Assembly: GCA_951406725.2 (NCBI GenBank)
Contig: OX597821.1
Coordinates: 67,890,001-67,954,000, forward strand
Direction: 5' to 3'
From: Octopus vulgaris
Taxonomy: Eukaryota
DNA length: 64,000 nucleotides
In this document: positions 25,805 to 40,387 of the stretch, piece by piece
How positions within the stretch are numbered: the first letter of the stretch is position 1
How the letters are laid out: each line of letters starts with the position of its first letter
Notes under the pieces: generated by a model
Seen by the model: the letters and a program-made list of their open reading frames with translations, nothing else
Databases searched by the model: none
What the model was told of the DNA's origin: nothing
Position numbers and translations under genes: made by a program

Positions 25805-26849
25805 ACGGTACTTATATTATAAACCTCGAAATGAAGAAAGGCAAAGTCGAAAGCAGTGGCATTTGAACTCAGAATGTAAAATCGGTACAAATGCCGCTAA
25901 GCATTTTTCCATAACGGTAAAGACTTCGTCAGCTCGCCTCCTTCGCCGCCTTCCTAATAATAAGAATGATAATGATAGTAGTGCATTTAATTCTCATTTT
26001 ATTTTTTTGTTTTCATATTCAAAAGTAATATATTTTGTGTTCAATCATAACAGTGGCTGTGCAGTGATTTCGTGAACAAAAATCTTCGGTTATGAGCTGC
26101 AAGATTGCTCGTTGATACGTATCGATCACAGGTACATAGTTGATGAAACAATGTGATCTTATTACCAGTCAGCAGTCACTCACGTTTTGATCTTAGTTTA
26201 ACAATATTGTGTACTAATATGATAACAGCTTGAAAGTTTCGTTTGTGTGTGTGTGTGTGTGGAGTGTGCTAATTAAAGCTCAGAATTCACTGAACACCAT
26301 TAAATAAACATCATATATAAAAGATGATACTTCTTAAATACATTTAGAGGTATTTAGGGGTCTGGAATTGCACGTTGGGCATATTATGAGCATTATTATG
26401 ATCTCCCTTCTTAAGAGTGATGGATTAGAAGGGTCACTGGTCTTTGTCCAGCTGGGACCGATAAATTAAAGTATCAACTAGTTCTTTCTTTTCAAAGTTG
26501 CTGGCCTTTTTTCTAAATTGTTTTGAAGGAGAAGGTAAAGAATATGCACACCCGGTGTTTAGGGTTAGGGCTACGCCGAAAACGGGTGGTGTGCGAATTC
26601 TTTACGTCCACCGTTTCAAAAATTGTTGGTCTTGTACCAACAATTAGAGGGACGAGTACTTGACTGATATTGTATTTTCTTCGACCCCGGAGAGATGAAT
26701 AATAAAGTTGCCCCGGCGGAATTTGATCTTCGGATGTAGTGAAGAAATTCCGCTAAGCTCGCTACTTTCGTCTAAATTAGAATCAATTATTGATACAGCT
26801 ATTAAAATACTGAACGGTAATTGGAATGTAAATATTTTGTATGTTTTCA

Positions 26850-28505
26850 TAAATAATCTTATATAACCTTTACTAAGTTAACATTAGGTTAAACAAAATT
26901 GGATTTTATGAAAATATGCAAAATATATATATGCTTGATAATGTTTCGTTTTTCTTTTATTCATTTTTTGCTTGTTTTCTTTTTTGGTGGGGGAGTAGAT
27001 TTTGTTTTTCTTTACCAAAAGATATCTTTTTGGTTATTAATATCGAGGAATTAATATATATGTTACTAAAAAATTGTTTTTCTACTAAATATTCTTAATA
27101 AAAATATAATATGTACTTCTGACGAATATGAAATTTTTATTAAATAAAAATTGATTTTCTCATCTTCTTTAACCTGTATTGATGCTGTCTTCTTTAATTA
27201 AGTTGAAAAAAGTGGCAATTGCGTTTTTATTGAATGTGAAGTATATCTTATATTTGTTTGATTACTTTTTAAAACCGTACTTATTGATGTTTAATAAAAA
27301 AAAAATGATTAGGTAAAAATATTTTCCAACTAATAGTGGCATAGCTACTTCTAAACGAGCAAAGCCAGTTCAGTAATTTTGTCGTAGATAATATATGTGA
27401 ATCTGCTCTAAATGACCTTGAGGAATCTGTAAAATATAGAAGGAATGCTAACTGTTGCGTAATTCAAAAGAAATTTAAAATATATTAACGAAGGCAAGTA
27501 ATCACAATAGAGAATTGAACCCTTTGTAGATAGATATAGTGTACAAACAATATGTTAGTGCAGTACTCGGTTGAAAGATCACAAAATCTATCTAACATGA
27601 AATTACAACAAAGGAAATCTACTTGGAATGGCTAAGTTGCGTACAGAATGCATGAATCTAATCAAAGCCTTGACTTTGCTTGTGGAGTTATTTGATAACT
27701 TGAAAACATCAAAACACTCGTTATTAAATGGCGAATCAACAGATATATTCTTCACAAACGAATTCTCTCGTGTGAGGTGAGTTTCCTACAAGTATCATTG
27801 AGTACAAATATCCATCCTTCATTTTAATGATAAATGCCGTTGTATCTACAATATCCGAAAAATCTTTATATTGTAATTAAAATTCTTTTAGCAATGAACA
27901 GATCATATGTAAATAATAATTACATTGTACTCATACCAGATGGAACAAGTAATGTTAGAAATAATACAATTTTTTTTTCAAATATAATATTTTTTGTTCG
28001 TGTAACGTTTGCCCTCAGTTCACCGAGCAGATTTGGGAAAAAGCAAGAAAAGAGTTTGGAATTGTTAAAATTATTGACTGATATTAATGTATGTACAAAT
28101 ATTGTTGACAATTCCAACTATAGTAACATCAACAGAAAAATTTTCTAGTGACCTCAAAAATAACGAAAGCGCTTTAAGGCCCCATAGAAATTACTTTGAT
28201 GGTAATTTTAGAAATGGAAAGATTAGAAAAGTGCATTCATTAAGCTGATTGTATTTATTGTTCATTTGTATAACGTACTGTTATTTGGTCTTTCTTGTAC
28301 ATATCGATTAAAGCCTTTACGAAAGATTATTGGTGACCGGTAATAAAGTTACAGTAATAAAGTCACGATTTTGGCGAGGAAAAACAGCCACAATTAATTT
28401 ATGGGATCTGGACAAACATCCCCTGGGACAAAACCCCTGTGCCTTTCTTTCCTATGACTTTATTACCATGACTTTTTTCCTGTGCCTTTTTTTTTACCTG
28501 GATTC
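26850..28505 (+). mobile_element. possible highly decayed Mutator-like (MULE) DNA transposon
   Basis: Very AT-rich block ending in subterminal direct and inverted short repeats (ggtaataaagttaca, gtaataaagtcac versus tgactttattacc, gtgcctttttttacc) and ggattc. No readable transposase ORF. Confidence 0.3.
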
Positions 28506-28535
28506 AGTTTATTAGTGACCATAATCATATAACTT

Positions 28536-30402
28536 GAGATTTTCATCAACAATTTTGAAACTATTTCTCAAAATTTTTGAAATGTTTTTCAGAAAATGTT
28601 CATCAAAAATTTTGAAAATTTTTCTGAAAATTTTCATCAAAATTTTGGAAAGCTTTTTGAAAATTTTCATCAAAATTTTAGAAAAGATTTTTGAAAATTT
28701 TCATCAAAATCTTTGAAAATTTTCATCAAAATTTTTGAATGACTTTTTTGAAAATTTTCATCAAAATTTTGGAAAGTTTTAAAAAAATTTTCAGAAAAAT
28801 ATTTGAAAAGTTTTTTGCCGGCAATCTCCAGCAAACTTCGGCTATCTCCGGCAATCTCGCGCAATCTCCGGCAATCTCGCGCAATCTCCGGCAATCATCG
28901 ACAAACTCCGGGAATCTCCGGGAATCTCCGGCAAACTCGGGCAAACTCGGGCAAACTCGGGCAATCTCCGGCAAACTCCGCCAATCTAATATATCTCCGA
29001 CAATCTCACTCTATCTCTGCCTCTCTCCACGTATCTCACTCTATCTCCGCCTATCTCACTCTGTCTTTGCCTATCTCCTCCTATCTCACGCTATCTACGC
29101 CTATCTCACTCTATCTCACTGTCTCCCAGGTGTTTTAACACACAGCATTATAGGGAAATCTCCCAAAATGCTACTCCGCCAATCTCCAGATATTTCTGGC
29201 AATCTCCGGCAATTTCTGGCAATCTTCGGCAATCTCCAGCAATCTCCGGCAAACTCCGGCAATCTACGGCAAACTCCGGCAATCTCTGGCAAACTCCGCC
29301 AATCTCCGGCAAACTGCAGCAATTATCATCAAAATTTTTGAAAATTCTTCAGAAAATTTTCAGAAAAATTTTCGAAAAGTTTTTTTAAAATTTTCATAAA
29401 AATTTTTGAAAAGAGTTATGAAAATTTTCATTAAAATTTTTGAAATGTTTTTCAGAAAATGTTCATCGAAATTTTTCTGAAAATTTTCATCAAAGCTTTG
29501 GAAGATTTTCTTCAAAATTTTCGAATACATTTTTTGATAATTTTCATCAAAATCTTTGAAAATTTTTCTGAAAATTTTCATCAAAATTCTGAATTCTGAA
29601 TTGCCAGCAATCTCCAACATTTTCCGGCAATCTTCGGCAATCTCCGGCAATCTCCGCCAAACTCCGGTAAACTCCGGCAAACTCCGGAAAACTCCGGAAA
29701 ACTCCGGCATCTCCGGCAAACTCCAGCAAACTCCGCCAATCTCCGGCAATTATCATCAAAATTTTGGAAAAGTTTTTTGAAAATTTTCATGAAAAATTTT
29801 GAAAATTCTTCAGAAAATTTTCATAAAAATTTTGGAAAGTTTTTTGAAAATTATCATCAAACATTGAAAAGTTTTTTTTTAATTTTCATCAAAATTTTTG
29901 AAAATTATTCTGAAAATTTTCATCAAAATTTTTCAAAAAGATTTTTGAAAATTTTCATCAAAAGTTTTGAAAAGTTTTTTTAATATTTTCATTAAAATTT
30001 TGGAAAGATTTTTTGAAAATTTTCATCAAAATTTTTGAAAATTTCTGGCTATCTCAAATTTTCAAAAGTTTTGAGGAAAATTTACAAAAAGTTTTCAAAA
30101 AATTTTGATGAAAACTTTCAAAAAATTTTCAAAAATTTTGATGAAAATTAAAAAAATTTTTGATGAAAATTTTCAGAAAAATTTTCAAAGGTATTGATGA
30201 AAAGTTTCAAAAAACTTTACCAAAATTTAGATAATTGCCGGAGTTTGCCGGAGATTGGCGGAGTTTGCTGGAGTTTGCCGAAGATTGCCGGAGTTTGGCG
30301 GAGATAGCCGGAGATTGCTGGAGATTGCCGAAGATTGCCGGAAAATGTTGGAGATTGCCGGCAAAAAGATTTTCACAATTTTGATGAAAATTTTCAGAAA
30401 AA
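28536..30402. repeat. modular foldback-like array alternating ~21-bp AT-rich and 10-bp GC-rich tandem repeats, with the right part inverted
   Basis: Blocks of ttttcatcaaaatttt..gaaaa alternate with GGCAA(T/A)CTCC arrays at 28817-28985, 29175-29322 and 29601-29750. Orientation flips at ~30050, and 30233-30362 is the reverse complement of the 10-mer block. Confidence 0.9.
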
Positions 30403-32125
30403 TCCACTCTAAAATACTAAACTCATAGAAGATGCAGCACAACGTTAACGGAAATAATTCTACAGCATTCTTCGCGGTTCTTCCTGGTCGCTCGGCTTGT
30501 TTGAAAGTGTAGCTAAATATCCCTCAATACTCAGCTTATTGTTTTTAGATAGACTTCGATTGAATAATCAGGACCTAGGTATACCGTCTGTAAAAAGATG
30601 GAATGATCAGGCTAGTAGGACTTTGTGTATAGGTCATCTGGATCTGGGCCAACCTGAGGTTAAACGACAGCATTTAATTTGGCAATGATTGGGATATTTT
30701 GATATAAACAATTAACCTAATTATTGCTAACGTTCATAAGTTACGGAAGTTGGGTTGGATAGTAACGTCAAACATTTTAGCTGCAAGAACGTCTACAGTT
30801 GAGAAAATTCGGGAAACTTATAATCCCGTAGGTTGGATAGAATACAGACAACCGCCTGTGCGCACACCCAAACTTTCATTTATCTCACCCGTAATCTACA
30901 TACAACTTTATATATATACACTCACACACATACACAGACGTCGAACTAGGAGGCCTCAAACAGACGAAAGCAGCCTTCGAGGCGAGCTGTGAGATCATGA
31001 GTCACTGCAAATGTTGCAAACAGCAACGAATGAACTCTGACGAATGACCATTAATAAAGAAGTGGAATTGAACCAGTCCATGTGCTAGTATTATTATTAT
31101 TGGCGTAATGACTCTCCCAAGACAACAAAAAGAGGCCCGATGCTATATACATTCAAAGACGAATGAATAGCTCGAATTATCGCTATTGCTATATTTGTGA
31201 TTAAGAAAGTTGATTGGCTTTACTCACATAATGGCGTCATTAAAAGAACTCAACTGTCACAATGCCTCCGTCAACCTTCATATTCGACTAAGAAAATAAA
31301 CTGGGCGCTTATCTTTATATCCACCATTTTTCTTTTTGTTTTGATTGACTGCTTAATCGTTTGCTCTAGTATCTTAAATATCTACTAAAGACAGAAAGTT
31401 GTTTTCATATTTATATTTTTGGATAGAAAACCAATAAGTAAGCAGTAAAAGAATAAGTGTCTTTTATGCAATTTGTTTGGATAACTGTAGATTATAGCAA
31501 ACCAAAAAGCTGGTATTAGAAGAAAACGAAATGAGATATGTATGCAGATTATAGGAAAAACTAAATCGGTTCCACCAAAGATTAAATGGAATAGAATACG
31601 TTCACACAAATATACCGTTATCCTCAGAATTTCCTACAAATATTTTAACTTAAAATACTTGGACAATATAGTTAAATAATAATTACTTATCCAGTTTGGC
31701 AGAACAAGCAATACAGTACGAGTTTATTATGGGGCATCGTTGAAAAGAAACAAGAAACTTTTTATTTTATTCAGTAGCGCCTTGGTTTCTATTTGAACAA
31801 GTATTTCTTCTGGTTATGTAACGAAAATAACGGACCTAAACAAATTTGCATTTTTGATGCTATTTCATTCAATGATGTGTTTGCATATGTTGATTTTGTT
31901 TGTTGTTGTTGTTGGCATCGTTGAGATGGATATCATCATGAATAATTTCAAGCATAATAGTATGTGCCTCAGAGTTATCATGCCACTCCACCAACCATGA
32001 AATCTAGCTTTAAAAAAACGGATACTTTTGTTTTGTAAATGTTGTTGTTTTTTATGCCTTTTAGCCCCAGGTCAGGCTTCTAGCAGATCAAGGATGAAAG
32101 ACATATCAGCCATGAGGATATATGC

Positions 32126-32327
32126 TTCAGACACACTCACATACATACATATATATGATAATCAAAGGAAAATGGATAGTTAAACTAACATATGTTAATT
32201 CATTAACATAATATTATAAATATATTTATATTATAATAATATATTATGTTAATAAATTAGCATATGTCAGTTTAACTATTCATTTTCCTTTGATTATCAT
32301 ATATATATGTATGTGTGTGTGTCTGAA
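32126..32327. repeat. near-perfect AT-rich palindrome (~200 bp)
   Basis: tatgataatcaaaggaaaatggatagttaaactaacatatgttaattcattaacataatatt is mirrored by aatattatgttaataaattagcatatgtcagtttaactattcattttcctttgattatcata. Confidence 0.88.
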
Positions 32328-32440
32328 AAATGTTCTAATGCATTGGGTATTAAACCAGTTAACCAGTGAAAATTGGATGTTTCCATCCCTATAAGATGAA
32401 CTTGTTTCCATGTATTGGATACATACATATATATATGAAC

Positions 32441-32517
32441 CTCCGACGAAGCTACAAAGTGATACACAAGTACTCATCTAGGAGAGCATTGCACATTGTA
32501 GCGGAAACAGCTGTAAG
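32441..32517 (+). ncRNA. hammerhead ribozyme-like motif (U4C core variant, weak stem I)
   Basis: CT-CCGACGA-a-GCTACAA...TTGTAGC-g-GAAA-CAGCTG(palindrome)-TA-AG. Confidence 0.55.
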
Positions 32518-32940
32518 CTAATGAAGTTCATTTTGCATCGTTTCATTGTCATCTAAATAATCTCTTATTACGCTTTGTACTCGACTAACGATTTTCTCTG
32601 AAGTATATCTATTTTGAGTTCTAACACAAGAGCATTAGTATCACTATGCTAAAGCAAAATAGTATCTCCTCATTCTAGCAGATCGAGTAATCTCAAGTAC
32701 TTATCCAGTCGCAACCATCACAGTTCATTATAACTTTCTAAAGTTTAGGGTTTCCGTTATCTCTTTACTACAAGTGTTTTGTTGATGGGGAACTTTTGAT
32801 GATCTGTACGGTACACCATTGAGGCAATAGTCGATTCTTCAATTATTTTGCCTCCTTAACAATAGAGATGAACTCCTGCTCTTTCCACGATGCATATATA
32901 TATATATATATATACACACACATATATATATATACACACT

Positions 32941-33106
<166 letters not shown>

Positions 33107-33769
33107 CATACATACACACACACACACACGCACACACACACATATATATATATGTATATATATATAGTAATATTATTAATAATAATAATAGTAAGGAATA
33201 TAATTCCAAACTTACAGGGAAAAATTCAATTTAGCAATTCTAAATCAAATTTCACAATATATAATATATGTATGTCAATTTAATGTCTATTTCATTTAGT
33301 GATTTTTTGAATAATATTTATTATAGTATATTTAAATTTTTTCTATGTGGTATGGATAATGACTTTAACTATTGGATTACTTATTAGAGGTTATTTATAT
33401 ATATATATCATCAACCTAACATATTTATAGAGGAAATGGCAGTCTCTTCGGTGTCTATCAATATGCTACAAATAACATCCCAAACTCCACCAGATCATAT
33501 GTTTTAGTACTTAACTAACGAAGGAGGCAGGCGATAATGCTGTTTACTTGATAATTTCTGACCAGCGGCTAAAACGGATTATCAACAACAGTAGAATTGT
33601 TGCACCTAATTTTCTCTGTAGTATATTAGTTAAGTATGCTAGCTGTAATATTTACTCTAGCCTAGTGTAGTTTAGTGCATTAGTTGAAGTATAATTGTTT
33701 GTGCAGTTTAGAATATGATAATGGAATATAATAGTGTGTGCAGTTTAGCGTAATGTATTCTTGATCCAT

Positions 33770-33990
33770 AGGCTCATGAATGACTGTTTCCCGGATTCTG
33801 TGGCGTATATATTCCATGCTGAATGGAAAGCCGATCCGTCAAACCTTACTTATTTTTGCCAGTTGAGTGGACTGGAGTAACATGAAATGAAGTTGTTTTG
33901 CTCAAAGATACAGCGCATCATCCGGTTCCGGAATCGAAACAACTATACGATCACGCGTGCAACGCCTTAACCACTTAGCCATATGCCTCC
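33770..33990 (-). mobile_element. SINE family D
   Basis: Minus strand ggaggcatatggctaagtggttaaggcgttgcac...gtttcgattccggaaccgg. Confidence 0.7.
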
Positions 33991-34522
33991 ATAGATTAAT
34001 GTATTAGTGTGGCGTAATTTAAATTTTAGATAGCTAAATTTAGTGTAGAATAATGATTGAATTTTACCGTATTGATTGGGAATAATTGCATGGAAATTTA
34101 GATAACAGTTTAGCGTCAGATTTTCAGTGATTACCGTACTTCAAATGTATGTTCCTTAAGGCTAAAATGATTTAATCTAATACACTTGCGTTGTCCTTCT
34201 CACACTATTATAACGTTTATGGATAAAATCGTGTTGTATAACTTCTATAATAAATTGTACCAATATTCCCACATAACTATAATGAAGGTATCACTCCTTC
34301 ATGACTACGAACTGCTAGAAATATTAGCCAAATCTTACTTAAATCACAACGTACACACAATAAAATAAGAAAGCTCATATTGCTAGGTTGTTCTAGATAA
34401 AGTTAAAGAAAACAGGATGGTCCTCATTAATATGCATTTAATAAAAGCCCGATCTATATTGGCCAACGGTTGGACAACAAAGGCTTAAATGCAAAATATA
34501 TTGCTAACATTTAACCAAGCTT

Positions 34523-34740
34523 AAGGCAGGAAGCTGACAGAATCGTTACCACGCTGGGCAAAATGCTTAGCGGCATTTCGTCCGTCTTAACGTTCCGAGT
34601 TCAAATTCCGCCGAGGTCGACTTTGCTTTTCATACTTTCGGGGTTGATAAAATAAGTACCATTTGAATTTTAGGGTCGATGTAATCGACTTACCTACTCC
34701 TCTGAAACTGTTGGCTTCTTACCAAAATTTTGAAACCAAC
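34523..34740 (+). mobile_element. SINE family A
   Basis: Matches the family A consensus. Confidence 0.85.
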
Positions 34741-35083
34741 ATATACTTTAAAAACACGAACGACATATATGCCTTCTATTAATCACATTACAAGCGCCCA
34801 AAATGCAAACTGGTTAAATGTCTTGAGTGACGATCATATTTACACTTGAAATCATTGAAATACGAAACAAAAGAAATCTAACTCCGTATTTCATGTCTAT
34901 CTAACAGAGATGTTGATTCAAGTTGATTTAAGTACATTTGTAATAAATTGCTTGAAAAACTCCTTTGTGAATTCTGTTTAACATTAAATTTTAGAATATC
35001 TATTCTCTCAGAATTTCATTATCTCCCACCCTTCCATACGTCCTCTTTACACGCACACACACACACGCACATACAAATATATC

Positions 35084-35133
<50 letters not shown>

Positions 35134-35285
35134 TATATATATATACATATATATAGATATAGATATAGATATGTATATGTATATATATATACATATATAT
35201 ACATGCATATATATATATACATATATATACACACATACATACACATATAGTTATATATGTATATGTAAATATATATATATATATT

Positions 35286-35332
<47 letters not shown>

Positions 35333-35563
35333 CTATATATGTACATATAGATATATTTATATATATATATATATAAACATTAATAATAATTCTTATTATT
35401 ATTATTGTTGATATATATATATATATACATATTTACACACACTTATATAAATAATATACACATATATGTACACATATTCATGCATAGATTCGCAGATGCA
35501 TACACGTATAGACGCACACGTATATACACATACGCATGAGTGTGTATGTGATTGTGTGTGTGC

Positions 35564-35617
<54 letters not shown>

Positions 35618-35845
35618 TTGAGCTAATCGATCATATGACTATATCTAGTGATTGAAATACTTCAAGGGAAATTAATTGTGTATGGTGCCACACATATTTA
35701 ACAACATTTGTCAGACTGCTCTTGTTATTTCTAATTGCTTTGCTCTTCGAGTAAATCTTGTTTACAGATACTACTTTTGACACACTCATTTATTTGTTTG
35801 AGTGAGCGTGGTGTATGTGTGAGATTTTACATTCATGTGTGTGTG

Positions 35846-35889
<44 letters not shown>

Positions 35890-36969
35890 GTGTGTGTGTG
35901 TGTGTGTGTATAAATTTGTATCGATTCATATAGAGTGATACTAGCAATACATTAAAAGTACTATGTGCAAAACAAATGCGTTGTGGTCGGGTCCTCAGTG
36001 GTTAAGCTGATATCTCCATCAAGTAAGCGGAGTGATGAGACTTTCTTGAAATTCAGAAGAGTAAAAACTGAGATAAGACCAAAGGACACATAAAATTACT
36101 CGATATGATGAATGAGTGCATTACGTGATCACCTTGAGAGTGGTGGACTTGGAATTCTTATCAGAACATATGTATCTTTTTAACAACAGAAGGGTGGCCC
36201 GCGTACACTTCAATCATTATTCTACACTACACTAATCTACGCTAAAAGTAAAATCACACAACATTAATACACACTATTCTTTGGAGGCACATGACTCGGT
36301 AGTTAGGGTGTTGCACTCATAATCGTAAGATTGTGGTTTCGAATCCTGGGTGGGGCGACGCGTTGTGTTCTTGAGCAAAACAACTTGCTGCTTTGTGGGA
36401 GAATGCAAGAAGACAAAGACTTGAAGAATACACTATGCGACATAAAGAAGCTATACCGCTCTCTTTAATGTAATTTCAGACAGTCTTGATTTCCCGTGGC
36501 CTTCTGCAGCTGCAGGGTGTTACCAGAGTTGCTAGAGATACAGAGAAATGCACATCCAGCGCCTATATAATACTTAATTGCAGTAACGTAGGTGGAGGGG
36601 AGAAGGTGCAGTGGCGATCTGTCTTTTTTCTGTTATTTTCTTTTTTGGCGAGATGGAGGGCACTTTTGGGTCTGATGTACAAATGTGTTTAACCCTGGGA
36701 GAACCTGGGGCGTGATTTCAAGCACTGGTCGCCAAGCAGCAGTCAACTTAGCTACACCATTGTTAACTGTGCATATATTTTTTATCCACAGTGGAGTTTA
36801 TCGAACATGGGTACCAAGGGTGACCATTACTGATGAGACAGTTGAGTTATCAAGCGCATCTGCAACAATGAAATACCGATGGTGAGGTTACAAAGGGTGT
36901 TTAGTATAAGCAATCGCAGTGGCGATTCTTCGGTGTCCAACACGGATATGCCTTTCTTGCTACTACACT

Positions 36970-37272
36970 TTCTTTATTGTCCACAAGGGGCTAAACATAG
37001 AGGGGACAAACAAAGGGATTAAGTCGAGTATATCGACCCCAGTGCGTAACTGGTACTTATTTAATCGACCCCGAAAGGATGAAAGGCAAAGTCGACCTCG
37101 ACGGAATTTGAATTCAGAACACAGCGGCAGATGAAATACCGCCAAGCATTTCACCCGGCGTGCTAACGTTTCTCATTTCTTTACTGCTCACAAGCGGCTA
37201 AACACAGAGGGGACAAACAAAGACGGACAAACGGATTAAGTCGATTACATCGACCCCAGTGCGTAACTGGTG
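36970..37272 (-). mobile_element. SINE family A with partial tandem copy
   Basis: Reverse complement of family A, with the 3' portion repeated. Confidence 0.8.
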
Positions 37273-37506
37273 CGTTGCTGCTACTCTTTAAGAAGAGATA
37301 TTTACTTAAGAAACCAAAATTATAAATCATGATGAAAAGAAAACGAAGTGAAGTTCGTCTTTACTGAATTTAATAGACAGCCATGTTAGAATATATGTAC
37401 ATACATATAATGTGTGTGCGCTTGTGTAAATATACATATAAGTGCGTATATCTATTTGCATGTTTGTTTATGTATGTGTTTGCCTTTGTGTGTGCGTGTG
37501 TATGTA

Positions 37507-37556
<50 letters not shown>

Positions 37557-39261
37557 CTCGAAGAACAGAAATAAGTACTACCCACCAAATTCTGCAAACC
37601 GAACGAAACCACTTCCTGTAACTCACTACTGTATTTTAGAAATGAATTAACAACCCATCACACGTAACCACTTAAAAAATTGCACGACTAACTATCGAAG
37701 GAGCCACTTTATCATCACTCAACCTGCTAGAAAAAGCAATCAAATCTTGAAACTAGATGCAGCTGCTTTACAGGAAAAGTCCGTTAGATGGTATATGTGC
37801 CCAGCATATATGAAAAGCATGAGATGGTCATGGTTAGCGAGACTCCGTTCATAAGTTTGACCTGGGGCTAACAACAACAATAGCCACAATATCCAGAGTA
37901 ATGTGTATCAGAAATTGGTTGTAGACATAGTCAAGATTCGAAATTATTTGAAGTTGGTAAGTTCGCTGTTATTCACTTCGCATCCAATCCACTCTATGCC
38001 CACATAGGGAGAAGGTGAACTACTCCCAGGATTCTGTCATGGCTCATCTTAAGATATATTTTATCTTCTTACTAGTGTCAATCACTGGACTGTGGCGATG
38101 CTGGGGCACCGACTCTAAAAGTTTAAGTCGATCAAATCGACCCCAGTACTTATTGTCTAAGCTTTCTACTTATTCTTTCGGGTCCTTTTGTTGTTTTTAT
38201 TTTTGCCAAACTGCGAAGTTACAGAGGACGTGAAAAAAAAAAAAAAAAACAATATATACAACGGATTTCTATTCAATTTCTGTCTATCAAATTCCCTCTT
38301 AAAGCACTGGTCAGCCTCGGAGATATTGTAAGGGACACTTGCCCAGATAGTTGCGCATTGGAACTGAACCAGAGACAAAGTGGCTGAAAATGGAAGTTTC
38401 TTAACCACATAGCCATATCTACGTCTGTAGCGATGTTGCTATTTTTAAAAGGCGGAAAAACACCCGATAGTGCCGCAAAACCAGACGCTAGAACAGATCT
38501 TAATCTAAGGCTCAAACTGTGAAAAATTTGCCAGAGTTTACCACCAAGTGAAAGAAAGTGGAACAATAGTGAATAGGGGATGACTGTCAAGCCACGTCTC
38601 TTCTATTATGTTTGTCATTTTTATTTTCATTAGTTCGATTTCACCTTTTGTGCTGTTCGTTACCTATTATTCTCCTCTTCAACCGATTACCATATCCTTC
38701 CTCTTTCTTCTCCTATATCACACCTAATACTCAATCGTATTTTCATCTCCTTTCTTCTGAGATCTACTTCATTAGCGTCTTATATTTCTTCTCTCTTTCC
38801 TATCTTACATCCGTATTCTACAGCCCACCACCACCACCATCACCACAACCACCACTACCACCACCACCGCTACGTCATCGTGATACCTTTATATACGTGT
38901 CTTTCAATGTTCCTCTTTAACACAAAAGACCAAAAATATCAACGCCACAACCATTCCTCCCTCGCACCTGCAAAGTCCAATCGCGTTCTTTTAATGCTTT
39001 TCCCGATCATTTGACCACTTCAAAGGAATACATGACTTGTTACTCTAAGCGTTGCTAATTGCCAACTTGCTCTCCTCGACCATACTTTTCTCCAACTTAA
39101 GTCAACCCAACAAAAAGACAATAACTACGTTCAGTGATGCATTTCAACGTTTCTACTTTGATGATTAAAGCCCACTTGTCTATAAGACAAGTACGTGTGT
39201 ATACATACCAATACTCATATATACATATATATGTGTGTGTGTATGTGTATGTGTATACATG

Positions 39262-39309
<48 letters not shown>

Positions 39310-39347
39310 TATATATGTATATATATGTATATATATGCATGTATATA

Positions 39348-39380
<33 letters not shown>

Positions 39381-39436
39381 GCATATATATATACATACAT
39401 GCATACATATATAGATACATATGTATATATATATAA

Positions 39437-39485
<49 letters not shown>

Positions 39486-40059
39486 GCTATTGTATGTGGG
39501 GCTGTGAATATAAATATATATATATATATATATAAAATATTTTTATGTTCATAAGATTGAGAAAGGAGAAAGTATTATTCATATTTGAAATTCGGAGACA
39601 CAAATTCATAAGAATGCACATACATAGATACATAGATACATATATATGCGTGTGCATATATATTTATGTGTGCATGTGTGCGTGTGTTCGTGTATTATAT
39701 ATGTGTGGGGTGTGGGTGCAAACACACTTATACATATGTTTATATATATATACTGATTACTGTTCTGTATATATGCTCTTTAATATATATTCATAAATTC
39801 AAATTTTGTAGTTGTGTATTGATCGTACACTATATACACCCGTACATTCGCACATTACTCAGTACTACTATATAATCATACACTTATACAGGCATAGACA
39901 GGTTTTTCATAGGTTACACTGCTGGACATTACTTTCATCAGCTGTCGACCAGAGACCATAACGATCTAATATACATATATATATACATATATATATATAT
40001 TATTAGTGAATGGAAGAAATGGAGTTGAACGAAGATTGTACAGAATTCCTTTTATTACA

Positions 40060-40139
40060 TTCTACACATGTTTCAAAGGCCACAAATTTCCAAATTCTGA
40101 TTAAATAAGGATACCATATTGTGGCTTTCTCTTCAGGAA
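40060..40139 (-). ncRNA. minimal type-I hammerhead ribozyme motif, minus-strand copy
   Basis: Reverse complement of 40308-40387 with an intact core. Confidence 0.75.
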
Positions 40140-40307
40140 AAAACAGGAATTCCGTTGACAGAACAAAACAAAACAGAGGCGCAGCAACGCAATTCGAACG
40201 AGGACGCTCCTTAAGAGTTCAGCCATGGGCTCTTTAGGAGCGTCCTCGTTCGAATTGCGTTGCTGCGCCTCTGTTTTGTTTTGTTCTGTCAACGGAATTC
40301 CAGTTTT

Positions 40308-40387
40308 TTCCTGAAGAGAAAGCCACAATATGGTACCCTTATTTAATCAGAATTTGGAAATTTGTGGCCTTTGAAACATGTGTAGAA
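40308..40387 (+). ncRNA. minimal type-I hammerhead ribozyme motif
   Basis: TTC-CTGAAGA-GAAAGCCACAA...TTGTGGCCTTT-GAAA-CATGTG-TA-GAA: intact CUGANGA and GAAA core, 10 of 11 pairs in stem II, GUA cleavage triplet ending at 40384, 3-bp stem I. Confidence 0.78.

Noticed and set aside
26530-26610. TTAGGGTTAGGG as a telomeric remnant
   Set aside because: Only two units inside a small inverted repeat; more likely a transposon-derived fragment.
28536-30402. CRISPR-like or coding-repeat interpretation of the array
   Set aside because: There are no unique spacers between constant repeats and no cas genes, the context is eukaryotic, and the ORFs are by-products of the tandem repeats.
31030-31130. CTGACGA followed by sequence weakly similar to the 20005-20028 repeat
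   Set aside because: No GAAA box or stable stem II; too decayed to call.
36820-36885. CTGATGA...GAAA hammerhead candidate
   Set aside because: Stem II is poor and there is no valid stem III or UH after GAAA.
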